This document shows positions 1 to 9,282 of a DNA stretch of 64,000 nucleotides, piece by piece. The notes beneath the pieces are model-generated. The model was not told where the DNA came from. It searched no databases and was given only the letters and a program-made list of their open reading frames with translations. Position 1 is the stretch's first letter. Every line of letters starts with the position of its first letter. The stretch covers positions 8,751 through 72,750 of the forward strand of contig JBNKUM010000098.1 in NCBI GenBank assembly GCA_050298595.1, read 5' to 3'. The translations under genes were made by a program, and so were the position numbers. This DNA comes from Gammaproteobacteria bacterium. GTDB lineage: Bacteria > Pseudomonadota > Gammaproteobacteria > GCA-001735895.

Positions 1-254
1 TGAGCCAGGCTTGAATGCTGGCTGCGTATCTGTGATTGCATCACAGTCAGTCGCTGTAAAATATCGTCGTTTAATTCTTTAAGTAAGCGTATCTGTTTTT
101 CATCTTTGTGGTCCGACCCAGAAAAATACTTCGAGATAAAACCCTGTCGCTCCTGTTCAAGCGATGCAATCAAAACAAGGTCTGAATTATCTATAGCCTC
201 AAGAATCTTTTGACTGACTTCAATCGCCTGATCTAGAGAGTTTAATGGTGTCAT
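1..254 (-). CDS. fliT: Flagellar chaperone FliT-like protein, truncated at the window edge
   Basis: Not in the ORF track. Hand translation from ATG at 254 gives MTPLNSLDQAIEVSQKILEAIDNSDLVLIASLEQERQGFI..., open to base 1. It is helical and lies directly after fliS (fliDST order). Confidence 0.7.
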   Translation of the reverse strand, partial: MTPLNSLDQAIEVSQKILEAIDNSDLVLIASLEQERQGFISKYFSGSDHKDEKQIRLLKELNDDILQRLTVMQSQIRSQHSSLA

Positions 255-285
255 ATTAATTAATGTGAAATCCGAAGAAAACTGA

Positions 286-669
286 TTATTTTGGAATTTG
301 AATCCAGGCAGATCTGATTTCCCGTAACAATCGAGAAACCTCATCCAATTTGCCGACATCATTTTTCAAGTTAGCCTGTAATAAGCTCAAGTTCATATAC
401 TCATACAAAGACTCCAGGTTATCTGAAAGATCACCTTCCTGATTATGATCAAGGCAGGCACTAAGACCCGTTATGATCCCTATGGCTTTACCAATCAACT
501 CACCCTTGGTATTTGAGTCTTTTTGCTGCATACAACCTTTAGCCTGCGCTATTCTTTCTATAGCCCCATTCATCAAACGTAGTATTAACTGATGGGGGTC
601 AGCATAAGCAATCGAGCTATTGCTGGTATTTTGATATTCTGAAACCGCATTACTGGCTGGCATATTCAT
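286..669 (-). CDS. fliS: Flagellar export chaperone FliS
   Basis: ADPHQLI..L..GAI and NLESLYEYM...L..AN motifs. Start set at ATG 669, 6 nt after a GGAG RBS, rather than GTG 681. Confidence 0.95.
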   Translation of the reverse strand: MNMPASNAVSEYQNTSNSSIAYADPHQLILRLMNGAIERIAQAKGCMQQKDSNTKGELIGKAIGIITGLSACLDHNQEGDLSDNLESLYEYMNLSLLQANLKNDVGKLDEVSRLLREIRSAWIQIPK

Positions 670-695
670 GTTTTTCTCCACAATACTTAATCTCT

Positions 696-722
696 ATATC
701 GACCAATTGTCGCTAAAATTTA
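696..722 (-). promoter_or_regulatory. sigma28 (FliA) promoter for fliS-fliT
   Basis: Minus strand reads TAAA-TTTTAGCGACAATTG(15 nt)-GTCGATAT, matching TAAA-N15-GCCGATAA. Confidence 0.75.
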
Positions 723-736
723 GCTCTTTTATCGAA

Positions 737-2773
737 TTAATTATTACCAACCGAGTTAGGTTTTGGTAAATTCGCCAATTGCTGGGTCAGAAACGAACTG
801 GTGGTATTAAACTGTGATATCAAACTATCCAGCGCTGAAAATTGAGCGACCAGACGTTGTTCCAGACTAGCAACTCGAGTGTCTAGCTTCTCTCTTTGTA
901 CCGATATGTCTTTTAAATCGCTGTTCAGTCCATCTTCCTTATTAGAAATAAGACCATCGCTATCCACGTAGTTACTAATTATGTCCTGCAATGCAGTCAC
1001 TATCCCACGAGAGAATGAAACGCTACCCCGATCTCCAGTGGCGCCAGACTCAATCAATAATGCGAGCCCCTGACTGGAACCCTCAGAACTGGTTAATAAC
1101 TGCCCATCACCACTAGCATCCACGCCATTGATAGTACCTGCCACATCGGTACCATCGATGCCGGAGCCGACAGTAAAACCAATATCATTGCTAAAATTAG
1201 TATCTACGCTAATAAACTCGACCTTTGACTCAGCCCCATATTTCAGTGATGAAATATCAAACTCATTAATGGCCTCATCGTATACAACGGTGACACCGAC
1301 TCCAGATGCTTTAATGTTAGCATCGTTATTTATCTGGGCCTGAATATGAGCCGCCAGATCATAACCGTCTGCATATACACCTTGACTCAGCAAAATCGAA
1401 TTAGACGTAACACCATCGATTTTTACTGTAAAAGCATCATTATTGGCATCAATGGTCAAGTTATTAACTGCTGTACCATTATAAACCGCTTTAGTTGCCA
1501 TATTGGTAATATTGACAGCGTAATTTCCAGCCTGTGTATTATCGGTAGCTGACAGATACTGGATGTTAGAATCGCTGGGGCGGCCCTGCAAGGTAAATAG
1601 CGCGGCAACCTCATCAGGATAGTTGGCTAACGCGGCGTTAAGTTTGGACATGTCCAGACCCAGAGTACCATCCTGTGTAGTTTTTATACCGATATCAGCT
1701 AATGAACGTAAATTTCCACTTAATTCAGAAACCGAATTACCGATGATACTTCTTAACTGGTAACTAATACTTCGAACTGTCGCATCTCCAATCAACAGAC
1801 CTGCGCTGGAAGTCACAGGGTCATAGCTGGTTAGCGTCGAAAGGGTATTGGCTAGCCCATTAAAGCCTTCAACAAACTCCTGAATACCTGTACTAAGGTC
1901 TTCGATATTTTCGCTGACACTTACATTAACAATATTACCTACATCTGCTTTTAATAGATTTAGAGTGACGCCATCAATCGCACCTGTAACCGTATTGGTA
2001 TCACGCGTAATATCCAGACCATTGATGGTTAATGCAGCATCCTGCGCCTGTACAGTTTGAGTCATACTGCTCTGAGCAGCAGCGTTAAAAGCGAGCTGTG
2101 ATAAGCCCAAATTATCAGTATTATTTCCATCAGCATCACCGGTCACGCTAATTTCCATGCTATTGCTGGCTCCGGTATTGTCTGATGTTAAGGTTAAGCG
2201 ATAACCGCTGCCGTCATTGACTATAGCCGCCGAAATACCGAAATCACCATTATTGATATAATCTTTCATTCCTGAAAGGGTTGTATTGTTATTAGCCGCG
2301 CTCACTTCAATAGTCTGTGTCGCTTTGGAAGGATCCTGAGTAAAGGAATAAGGGCCAGTAGTGGTAGTTCCAAATTTTATGCTTAAGGTACCCATGCCAA
2401 TGTAATCGTTAACATCCGAAAACGCAGTAGCTGCGTTGCTAGCAATAGAATGTGATTTAGCCAGGGCAGAAACTTCAACCGCATAATTTCCATTATCCGC
2501 ATTACTGGTTACTGAAGTCGAAAAAACCGAACTATCCGATAATGATGCCGATTTCAAGTTATAGGTTGAGCTAGATAAAAGATTACTCATGCTACCCTGA
2601 AACAGAGACAGGGAGCTTTTTAGTGCGCCAAAAGCCGATAGTTTGGCGGTAATAGTTTGTTCTTTTAAGGAGAGACGATTTTCAGTAGGAGCACGCTCAG
2701 CATTAACTAAACCGGTCACTATCGATGATAGATCTAAACCGGATCCGATACCTAAAGAGCTTATAGTTGCCAT
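737..2773 (-). CDS. fliD: Flagellar filament cap FliD, long form of about 678 aa
   Basis: N-terminal MATISSLGIGSGLD and C-terminal QFSALDSLISQFNTTSSFL. Contains AQDA..TINGL..TR.TN. Start placed at ATG 2773. Confidence 0.95.
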   Translation of the reverse strand: MATISSLGIGSGLDLSSIVTGLVNAERAPTENRLSLKEQTITAKLSAFGALKSSLSLFQGSMSNLLSSSTYNLKSASLSDSSVFSTSVTSNADNGNYAVEVSALAKSHSIASNAATAFSDVNDYIGMGTLSIKFGTTTTGPYSFTQDPSKATQTIEVSAANNNTTLSGMKDYINNGDFGISAAIVNDGSGYRLTLTSDNTGASNSMEISVTGDADGNNTDNLGLSQLAFNAAAQSSMTQTVQAQDAALTINGLDITRDTNTVTGAIDGVTLNLLKADVGNIVNVSVSENIEDLSTGIQEFVEGFNGLANTLSTLTSYDPVTSSAGLLIGDATVRSISYQLRSIIGNSVSELSGNLRSLADIGIKTTQDGTLGLDMSKLNAALANYPDEVAALFTLQGRPSDSNIQYLSATDNTQAGNYAVNITNMATKAVYNGTAVNNLTIDANNDAFTVKIDGVTSNSILLSQGVYADGYDLAAHIQAQINNDANIKASGVGVTVVYDEAINEFDISSLKYGAESKVEFISVDTNFSNDIGFTVGSGIDGTDVAGTINGVDASGDGQLLTSSEGSSQGLALLIESGATGDRGSVSFSRGIVTALQDIISNYVDSDGLISNKEDGLNSDLKDISVQREKLDTRVASLEQRLVAQFSALDSLISQFNTTSSFLTQQLANLPKPNSVGNN

Positions 2774-2952
2774 CGCTTTTGTTCTCACTGTTACAGGCTG
2801 TAAAACCTGGACATCAATTTAAAGCATAGCAGTTAAATCACTAACTGTTGCTAATTGAGGATATCTCATCCTCAGGGCGCTTGGGGGCAGTTGAAAATTC
2901 CAACTCCCCCCAAAACGATTTGCTACTTTTTTTAATAACTTGCAATAACTAG

Positions 2953-2968
2953 AGCAATTTACAGACCA
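2953..2968 (-). promoter_or_regulatory. sigma54 -24/-12 promoter for fliD
   Basis: Minus strand TGGTCTGTAAATTGCT: GG-N10-GC with a TTGCT -12 element, immediately after the flaG stop. Confidence 0.6.
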
Positions 2969-2974
2969 GTTTTA

Positions 2975-3427
2975 TCAGGTACTATCCGAAAATAGTATCC
3001 CCGACGGAAGCGTACCAGTGCTGGTGGTTTCCTTATTCACATCATGTAGATATGTAGCCAGTGCCAGCACTTCTTCTGAAGGTATCTGCCGAACTAACTT
3101 ACCACTTTCAGAATCAATAACCTTGATGATAGTGCGACCACTAGCCTCATCCATACTAAAAGATAAGTCTCGCTGCACACTTTGCACAAATTCATTGATC
3201 TGGTTGACAGCATCCCGAAGTTCTGACGAACTCGCTGAGGTTTCTTTTTCCGAAGTTTGTTGTGGCAAGTCCTTACCCTGTGCGGGCAAGTCCTTACCCT
3301 GTACGGGCAAGTCCTGGCCACCAGCATCAGGCACATTGGCAGCTTCTAGCTTTACAAACTGGCTTGATTTTTGCGCACTGGCTGCTGGCAGTTGCGCCAT
3401 CACCATGCTTGAAATATCGTTAGCCAT
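2975..3427 (-). CDS. flaG: Flagellar protein FlaG
   Basis: L.FS.DE.SGR.IIKVID.ESG..VRQIPSEEVL motif; located between fliC and fliD. Confidence 0.93.
   Translation of the reverse strand: MANDISSMVMAQLPAASAQKSSQFVKLEAANVPDAGGQDLPVQGKDLPAQGKDLPQQTSEKETSASSSELRDAVNQINEFVQSVQRDLSFSMDEASGRTIIKVIDSESGKLVRQIPSEEVLALATYLHDVNKETTSTGTLPSGILFSDST
3264..3315. repeat. In-frame 21-bp tandem repeat (about 2.5 copies) inside flaG
   Basis: GGCAAGTCCTTACCCTGTGCG / GGCAAGTCCTTACCCTGTACG / GGCAAGTCCT, encoding GQDLPVQ-GKDLPAQ-GKDLPQQ. Confidence 0.9.
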
Positions 3428-3452
3428 GTTCTTTCTCCGTTTTTGATGTTAA

Positions 3453-3476
3453 GGGCTGGCTCGCAAGAACCAGCCC
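3453..3476 (-). terminator. Stem-loop after fliC (mRNA stabiliser or partial terminator)
   Basis: GGGCTGGTTC-TTGC-GAGCCAGCCC hairpin 12 nt after the fliC stop, with only a weak U tail. Confidence 0.6.
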
Positions 3477-3488
3477 ATTACCCATCAA

Positions 3489-4832
3489 TTACTGTAAAAG
3501 TGCCAAAACGTTTTGCGGTGCGGCGTTAGCCTGTGACAGCATCGCAATACCAGCTTGCTGGATGATCTGGTTCCGAGTCAATTCAGCAGTTTCAGCAGCA
3601 AAATCCGTGTCACGAATCCGGCTGCGGGCAGCAGACAGGTTTTCAGTACTCGCCTGCAAATTCGCGATTGTAGAATCGAACCGAGTTTGAACAGCACCTA
3701 ATTCTGCTCGCAATCCGGTGACCTGTTGTAAAGCGAAGTCAAGCGTTAATAAAGCGTCATTAGCAGTACTTCCGGTTAGAACATCTACAGCTGCCAATGT
3801 TTGGTCAGATTGAGTAGCAGCACCAAGTAAAGCACCTTCGACGTCAACACCCACACCACCCGAAGCAGTAAAAGCTCCTTCGGAAACAGCACCTGCAAGT
3901 ATAAAGCCAGCCTGATATGTTGCGGCGGTACCGCCATTAAGTCCAGCACCACTTATAGCTATATCTGATCCATCTGTATTACTCAGCACAATATTTGCAC
4001 CATTAACAGTAGCAGTTACGCCGGTTTGTGTAGATAGTGCATTAATTGTGGCGGCATCAGTAGCTGCAGTTCCTACCAAAGTAAAGTTAACCGTATTTAT
4101 AGTTGCTGCTCCTGCAGCAACCGCAACACCAGCAGCTGCTGTACTAGTCGTATTCGCAGTCAAAGCCTGTACACCTGTAGTAGCAGAAACATCATTGATA
4201 GCATTTACTACATCATTATTTGTAGTGGCAGCAGACAGATCAATGTCATTACCATTTAGAGTCACAGTAGTTAATGCTGCAATCTGTGTACTTGTAAACG
4301 ATGCACTGGTTGATATTCTAGCTCCCAGTTGAGAAGTTCTAGAGTCAACACCTGTGACCTGGATAGTTTGGTTCTGATTGGCACCAACCTGAAATGTCAG
4401 CGCAGATAGAGATCCATCTAGAATTCTTTGACCATTGAATTCGGTAGCGTTTGCAACACGATTAATTTCAGCGATCAGGGCACCAACTTCATTATTCAGA
4501 GCCTGACGATCTGAAGAAGAGTTGGTATCGTTAATGGACTGTACGGACAGTTCACGAATCCGCTGCAGACTTCCACCGATGGTACTCAAAGCACCCTCAG
4601 CAGTCTGAGAGAAAGATACACCGTCATTCGCGTTACGAATTGCCTGGTTCAGGCCACGAATCTGGGTAGTCATACGTTCCGAAATCGCAAGACCCGCAGC
4701 ATCGTCCTTGGCGCTATTGATACGCAAACCAGAAGACAAACGTTGCAGGGATGTTTGCAATGCGCTTTGAGACATATTTAATGCTCGCTGAGTGTTAAGC
4801 GAGGCGACATTAGTGTTAATAAATTGAGGCAT
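3489..4832 (-). CDS. fliC: Flagellin
   Basis: INTNVASL...RLSSGLRINSAKDDAAGLAI N-terminus and SRIRDTDFAAETA...QANAAPQNVLALL C-terminus. Confidence 0.98.
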   Translation of the reverse strand: MPQFINTNVASLNTQRALNMSQSALQTSLQRLSSGLRINSAKDDAAGLAISERMTTQIRGLNQAIRNANDGVSFSQTAEGALSTIGGSLQRIRELSVQSINDTNSSSDRQALNNEVGALIAEINRVANATEFNGQRILDGSLSALTFQVGANQNQTIQVTGVDSRTSQLGARISTSASFTSTQIAALTTVTLNGNDIDLSAATTNNDVVNAINDVSATTGVQALTANTTSTAAAGVAVAAGAATINTVNFTLVGTAATDAATINALSTQTGVTATVNGANIVLSNTDGSDIAISGAGLNGGTAATYQAGFILAGAVSEGAFTASGGVGVDVEGALLGAATQSDQTLAAVDVLTGSTANDALLTLDFALQQVTGLRAELGAVQTRFDSTIANLQASTENLSAARSRIRDTDFAAETAELTRNQIIQQAGIAMLSQANAAPQNVLALLQ

Positions 4833-4922
4833 TGTAATCTCTCCTAAATTCCACGCTTATTCAGCGCCAAACGTTAAAAATTCCGGGTCACCGATGCTGA
4901 CTGGTTTTCCCTCTCAGTGATG

Positions 4923-4950
4923 TTAACGGCAGTGGAAAGAAAAACTTTAG
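4923..4950 (-). promoter_or_regulatory. sigma28 (FliA) promoter for fliC
   Basis: Minus strand CTAAA-GTTTTTCTTTCCACT(15 nt)-GCCGTTAA, close to consensus, about 90 nt upstream of the fliC ATG. Confidence 0.85.
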
Positions 4951-5083
4951 CGAAATTTCAAAGAGTTTTGGAGGTTTTTATATTGATATGATGCACTGAA
5001 ATCCAGGAACAAAATAACTGCTTAAATTCAATCACTTATATGCATAACCGGATAATACAGGTTAATAAATCTAAATAGCTTAA

Positions 5084-6295
5084 TCAGCGCAGATAGTTAA
5101 ATAACGATGAACTGGTAATGCGCGAAAACACAGCCTGAGCTGCATCCAGAATAGTTTGCTCCAATGACAGCTGACTAATCGCTTCTGCAAGATCGGTATC
5201 TCGCAAAACGCCTAGCGAACCATTAGTCGCAAGAATGAATGCCTCATTATCTTCGGACTGACTTTCCACTGCATTCAATCGCCCACCAATTTTAGTACGA
5301 CTTTCTATAAAATTATTCATTGCCGAATCAATATTTGATAGCGCCTGGGCCAGATTTGCCGCACGAACATCACTGGAACCTGACGCACGCAAAGCTTCAG
5401 AGGTGGTCTGGACTATGCTGAAAACATCCTGATACTGACCGCTACTAATAGTAAAACTGTCGCCGGCTGCCGGAGTACCTGTAATGCTGGTACGTATGCC
5501 CTGAAAATCCAGAATATCACCATCTGTATAGCTTGCTGCAGACACGATAGTAGTTGGCCCTGATAAATCGATGACATCATAGGTCTGAGGGGGTGCTGCA
5601 GGGTCTGAAAATACGATCTGATAATTACCTGGTACATAAGCAGTCTGGTCAATAACATGTGCTGCTGCCATGGTACCTGTGCCCGTATTCCCAGCAGCAG
5701 TAGTTTCATTTAATGCCACGCTACTACTCACCTGCATAAAAACCTCTGAACCATTAATACTGGCATCAATTTGACGACTTTGACTGATCTGGAAATAACG
5801 ACGGCCCTGGTCACCATTAAATTGAATCTGTTTTATAGAACCGATAGTTAGCTCGGTGAATGGCTCTGATCGATTCTGGTATCCGGCAAACAGAAAGTCA
5901 CCATTCTCATCAGTCGTATTAGAGAGAGAAACAAGTTCCTTGTATCTTTCATCAATTTCATCAGCTATCGCATTGCGAGATTCTGCACTCATGACCGCAT
6001 TATTACCCTGAATGACTAGCTCTCGAATACGCTGCATGACATTTTCAACTGAATTCAGTGTAGTATCCTCAAGTTCAAGACGATGTTTGGCCTGACTTAT
6101 GTTGGATTGATATTGCTCATTTATGGCAACAACTTGTTCAAGTTCCAGTACCCTTGCTGATGCAGCAGGATTATCCGAAGGCTTGGTAAGTTTCCGACCC
6201 GTGGATATCTGCTGCTGAAGCGTGGACAGTTTGGTCTGCTGGTCGCCAAATGCCTTTAAGCCCTGAGTATATATCTGTGTCGTTGAAATTCGCAT
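5084..6295 (-). CDS. flgL: Hook-associated protein 3 FlgL
   Basis: MRISTTQI...QISTGRK..KPSDNPAA start and SLFNYL end; follows flgK. Confidence 0.95.
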   Translation of the reverse strand: MRISTTQIYTQGLKAFGDQQTKLSTLQQQISTGRKLTKPSDNPAASARVLELEQVVAINEQYQSNISQAKHRLELEDTTLNSVENVMQRIRELVIQGNNAVMSAESRNAIADEIDERYKELVSLSNTTDENGDFLFAGYQNRSEPFTELTIGSIKQIQFNGDQGRRYFQISQSRQIDASINGSEVFMQVSSSVALNETTAAGNTGTGTMAAAHVIDQTAYVPGNYQIVFSDPAAPPQTYDVIDLSGPTTIVSAASYTDGDILDFQGIRTSITGTPAAGDSFTISSGQYQDVFSIVQTTSEALRASGSSDVRAANLAQALSNIDSAMNNFIESRTKIGGRLNAVESQSEDNEAFILATNGSLGVLRDTDLAEAISQLSLEQTILDAAQAVFSRITSSSLFNYLR

Positions 6296-6297
6296 GA

Positions 6298-8208
6298 CTA
6301 CCTCGTTGAATCGATCAGTGATTGAAACAATGTTTGCGCGATAGTGATTACTCGTGCCGCTGCTTCATAGGCCTGTTGATACTTAATCAGGTCTGCCGCT
6401 TCTTCATCCAGATTGACCCCGGCTATCTGACTACGTCGATCTTCTGCCTGTGTCAGTAATGCCTGCTGGGCATCTCGATTATTCATCGCCGAATTTGTCA
6501 CCGCACCGACTTGACCTACGATGACGCTATAGGCTTCCTGATAGCTATTGGTTCCACGATCAAATAAGCCCTGGGTTTGCAGGTTTAAAAGCTCCAGGCC
6601 GTTTCGATTATCACCTGTCCCACCCTGATTCGATTGTATAGTGAACACATCTCCAGGCTGTGGATTACCATCCAGAGTCAGCTGCCAGCCATTGGACTCA
6701 ATCAGCATATTTTTACTATAGGGAACCGAAGTTCCTGCTGGATACGCTGTACCATTGACCACTATATCGGACGTGGAGACGAAATCTGTAGCTGGATTGT
6801 TAAATGTAAGGTTAACGCTAGTGAGTAAATCTACATGGGTCGCATCCACCACTTCTCCCTGACTGATGGTTGCATCACCTAAATTATTCAGCGAGCTGGA
6901 AGTTCTAATTGCGGCAGCTGCTGCAATCAAATTAGGGTCAGAAATGGAGACATCAATAGTCCCAGATCCCAGCTCTGTAGGCTTGATAGTGAACCTGTCT
7001 CCATTCGCAGCCGCACCAGCAATATTAAAGGTGAGGCCTTCAAAAGTATCAGTAGGAGCAGTAATAACACTAGACGATCCACTGGTAGAAGTTACCGTCC
7101 ACACACCCGAATCAAAGGCGAGCGTATAGTCCTCAGTAGTCAACTGACTGATATCGGTGATGCTGGTAGTAACAACTGCTGCCCCCGTGTTGGCGGTATG
7201 CGCAATGGTTTGAGGTTGAGAGAAACTGAAAAAATCTCCACCTAAATTGCCTAGTAAATCCATCCCTTCCCGGTGCTGGTCATTAAAACTGTCTGCTATC
7301 CCAATAGCCATTCTGCCCAGTGAGTTGGCAGCGGGAGTCAGCATATTATTTCTAAAATCGAGCAGGCCACCAAGTTCCCCTCCCGTGAGCTGAGCACTGA
7401 TATCGCTATCACCAGATAATCCGTTATAGATGATGATATTCTGAGTGGGATCAGCCTGATCAGCTATCACAGATAAATCGTAAGCTGAAGCACCCGCTAC
7501 CACCGTTTGACCATTACCGATCAGCACAGTGATATTGTTTTCGCGTTCATTAATAACATTAATGGTGACTTTGCTGGACAACTCCTGCAGCAAGGCATCG
7601 CGTTGATCTAGCAAGTCTGAAGACTGTTGATCCAGATTGCCCGAAGCATTGGTCTCCTGAAGTGTTCTATTGATTCGAGCGATATCAGCGGTAATCTGAT
7701 TAATCTCTTCAACTGTGGTTTTAATTTCGCCTTCAGTATTAGTGCTTAAGTTTTCCAGCCGGGTATCAAAGGTATGGAAGCGATTGACCAGAGTTTCAGC
7801 AGCACTGATCAATTGATAGCGCGCTGATCCAGACGAAGGGTCGTTATTCACATCCTGTACTGCAGTAAAAAACTCCTGCAGCACAGGGGAAAGCCCCCCT
7901 TGTGGGTCGGCCAGAATATTGTCAATCTGACTCGCAAGATCGGTGAATTTTTCCAGCCGTGTATAACTCGAAGTACTTTCACGCAGGTTACTGGTGATGA
8001 ACTGGTCGTAGGAACGCCGGATATTGGTAATCTCTACGCCACTACCGACATAATTACCGCCGATCAAACTTGGGTTACGGGTATCCAGTTCCACTCGCTG
8101 ACGGCTATAGCCCGGAGTGTTCACATTGGAGATATTGTGACTGGTCGTGGTTAAGGCTCGTTGAAACGATAATAAGCCGCTTACTGCATTGCCTAACATA
8201 TCACCCAT
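6298..8208 (-). CDS. flgK: Hook-associated protein 1 FlgK
   Basis: TSHNISNVNTPGYSRQ and GVNLDEEAADLIKYQQAYEA motifs. Confidence 0.97.
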   Translation of the reverse strand: MGDMLGNAVSGLLSFQRALTTTSHNISNVNTPGYSRQRVELDTRNPSLIGGNYVGSGVEITNIRRSYDQFITSNLRESTSSYTRLEKFTDLASQIDNILADPQGGLSPVLQEFFTAVQDVNNDPSSGSARYQLISAAETLVNRFHTFDTRLENLSTNTEGEIKTTVEEINQITADIARINRTLQETNASGNLDQQSSDLLDQRDALLQELSSKVTINVINERENNITVLIGNGQTVVAGASAYDLSVIADQADPTQNIIIYNGLSGDSDISAQLTGGELGGLLDFRNNMLTPAANSLGRMAIGIADSFNDQHREGMDLLGNLGGDFFSFSQPQTIAHTANTGAAVVTTSITDISQLTTEDYTLAFDSGVWTVTSTSGSSSVITAPTDTFEGLTFNIAGAAANGDRFTIKPTELGSGTIDVSISDPNLIAAAAAIRTSSSLNNLGDATISQGEVVDATHVDLLTSVNLTFNNPATDFVSTSDIVVNGTAYPAGTSVPYSKNMLIESNGWQLTLDGNPQPGDVFTIQSNQGGTGDNRNGLELLNLQTQGLFDRGTNSYQEAYSVIVGQVGAVTNSAMNNRDAQQALLTQAEDRRSQIAGVNLDEEAADLIKYQQAYEAAARVITIAQTLFQSLIDSTR

Positions 8209-8217
8209 AATCGTCTC

Positions 8218-9258
8218 CTAACCCAAAGCTCTTTCGGATGAAACAAACGACTCAAGCGAACTGCTGAGAGTGCTTCCATCTCGAATGTTAATAATCTTGT
8301 CTGCATAGTTCGGGTCGGTTGCATAACCACCCTGCTGCAAACCACGAATATATCTGCTATCACTACCCTGGTGATTCAGCGCCTGTTGATAACGAGGACT
8401 GGACTGAACAAAATCTACATAATCCTGCATCGCTTCAGAAACCGAATCGTAGGCACGGAAGCTTGCCTGTTCACGCTGCATGGCACCCTGTCGATACTCC
8501 AGCGTAGATTGAGAAACCTGCTGCCCCTGCCAATCTGTCCCGGCTTTAATACCGAACAGGTTAAAGGCAATACTGCCATCTGGCTTTTTCATGCTGTGCT
8601 GGCCCCAGCCGGTTTCCAGAGCGGCCTGAGCAACGATAACCTCGGCAGATACTCCAAGTTCAGATGCAGCCTGTTCAGCATGAGGCCAAAGATCGCGCAC
8701 GAATGTTTTTGCATGGTCCCAGCCATAAAATGGCTCAATCGCTTCCATTTGTAGTGATGTATTCTGTGGCTCAGGTTCAGTTAGTTTGATAGTGCTATCG
8801 TTTGTTAATGAACCAATCAGTTGATGCACCTGAAGTGCTGGATTGATGGGGAAGTATTCCTCATGTTTAGCTATCGGTGAGTTGAACATTTGCTGGGGAT
8901 TCATTCGGTATACAGGCAAGTCCTTGCCCTCGGTAGCGGCAGTTTGCTGCCGCTGTGCCGAGGCTGGATTCAGCTGTCTTTGCAATACAGCCCCCAGACC
9001 TATGCCACCGTTTTGCGACATCACCTGGGATAATTGCTTGTCATACATATCGGTATAAAAATCCATGTACGAGCTGTGCTGAGTGTCATCAAACTTAGCT
9101 GCAGAGCGCATATTCTTTAGCATCATCTGTATAAACAGACCTTCGAACTGTTGCGCAACCGATTTACTGGCGCTGGCATCATGCTCCCTGGCGGCCAATT
9201 TCATATCTGAAAACTGGCTCATATTCATATACAGGTCTGTAGATGTGGAGGGCATCAT
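8218..9258 (-). CDS. flgJ: Rod cap and peptidoglycan hydrolase FlgJ
   Basis: AQQFEGLFIQMMLKNMR rod-cap domain plus AQAALETGWG...NLFGIKA...GYATDPNY glucosaminidase domain. Confidence 0.95.
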   Translation of the reverse strand: MMPSTSTDLYMNMSQFSDMKLAAREHDASASKSVAQQFEGLFIQMMLKNMRSAAKFDDTQHSSYMDFYTDMYDKQLSQVMSQNGGIGLGAVLQRQLNPASAQRQQTAATEGKDLPVYRMNPQQMFNSPIAKHEEYFPINPALQVHQLIGSLTNDSTIKLTEPEPQNTSLQMEAIEPFYGWDHAKTFVRDLWPHAEQAASELGVSAEVIVAQAALETGWGQHSMKKPDGSIAFNLFGIKAGTDWQGQQVSQSTLEYRQGAMQREQASFRAYDSVSEAMQDYVDFVQSSPRYQQALNHQGSDSRYIRGLQQGGYATDPNYADKIINIRDGSTLSSSLESFVSSERALG

Positions 9259-9282
9259 GGCTTTAACCTATCTCGTAATTTT

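Noticed and set aside
3264-3315. CRISPR-like array
   Set aside because: The repeats are contiguous, in frame and spacerless, and there are no cas genes.
737-8208. Unusually long FliD, FlgK and FlgL
   Set aside because: Extra central domains are common in polar flagellar systems such as those of Vibrio and Pseudomonas.
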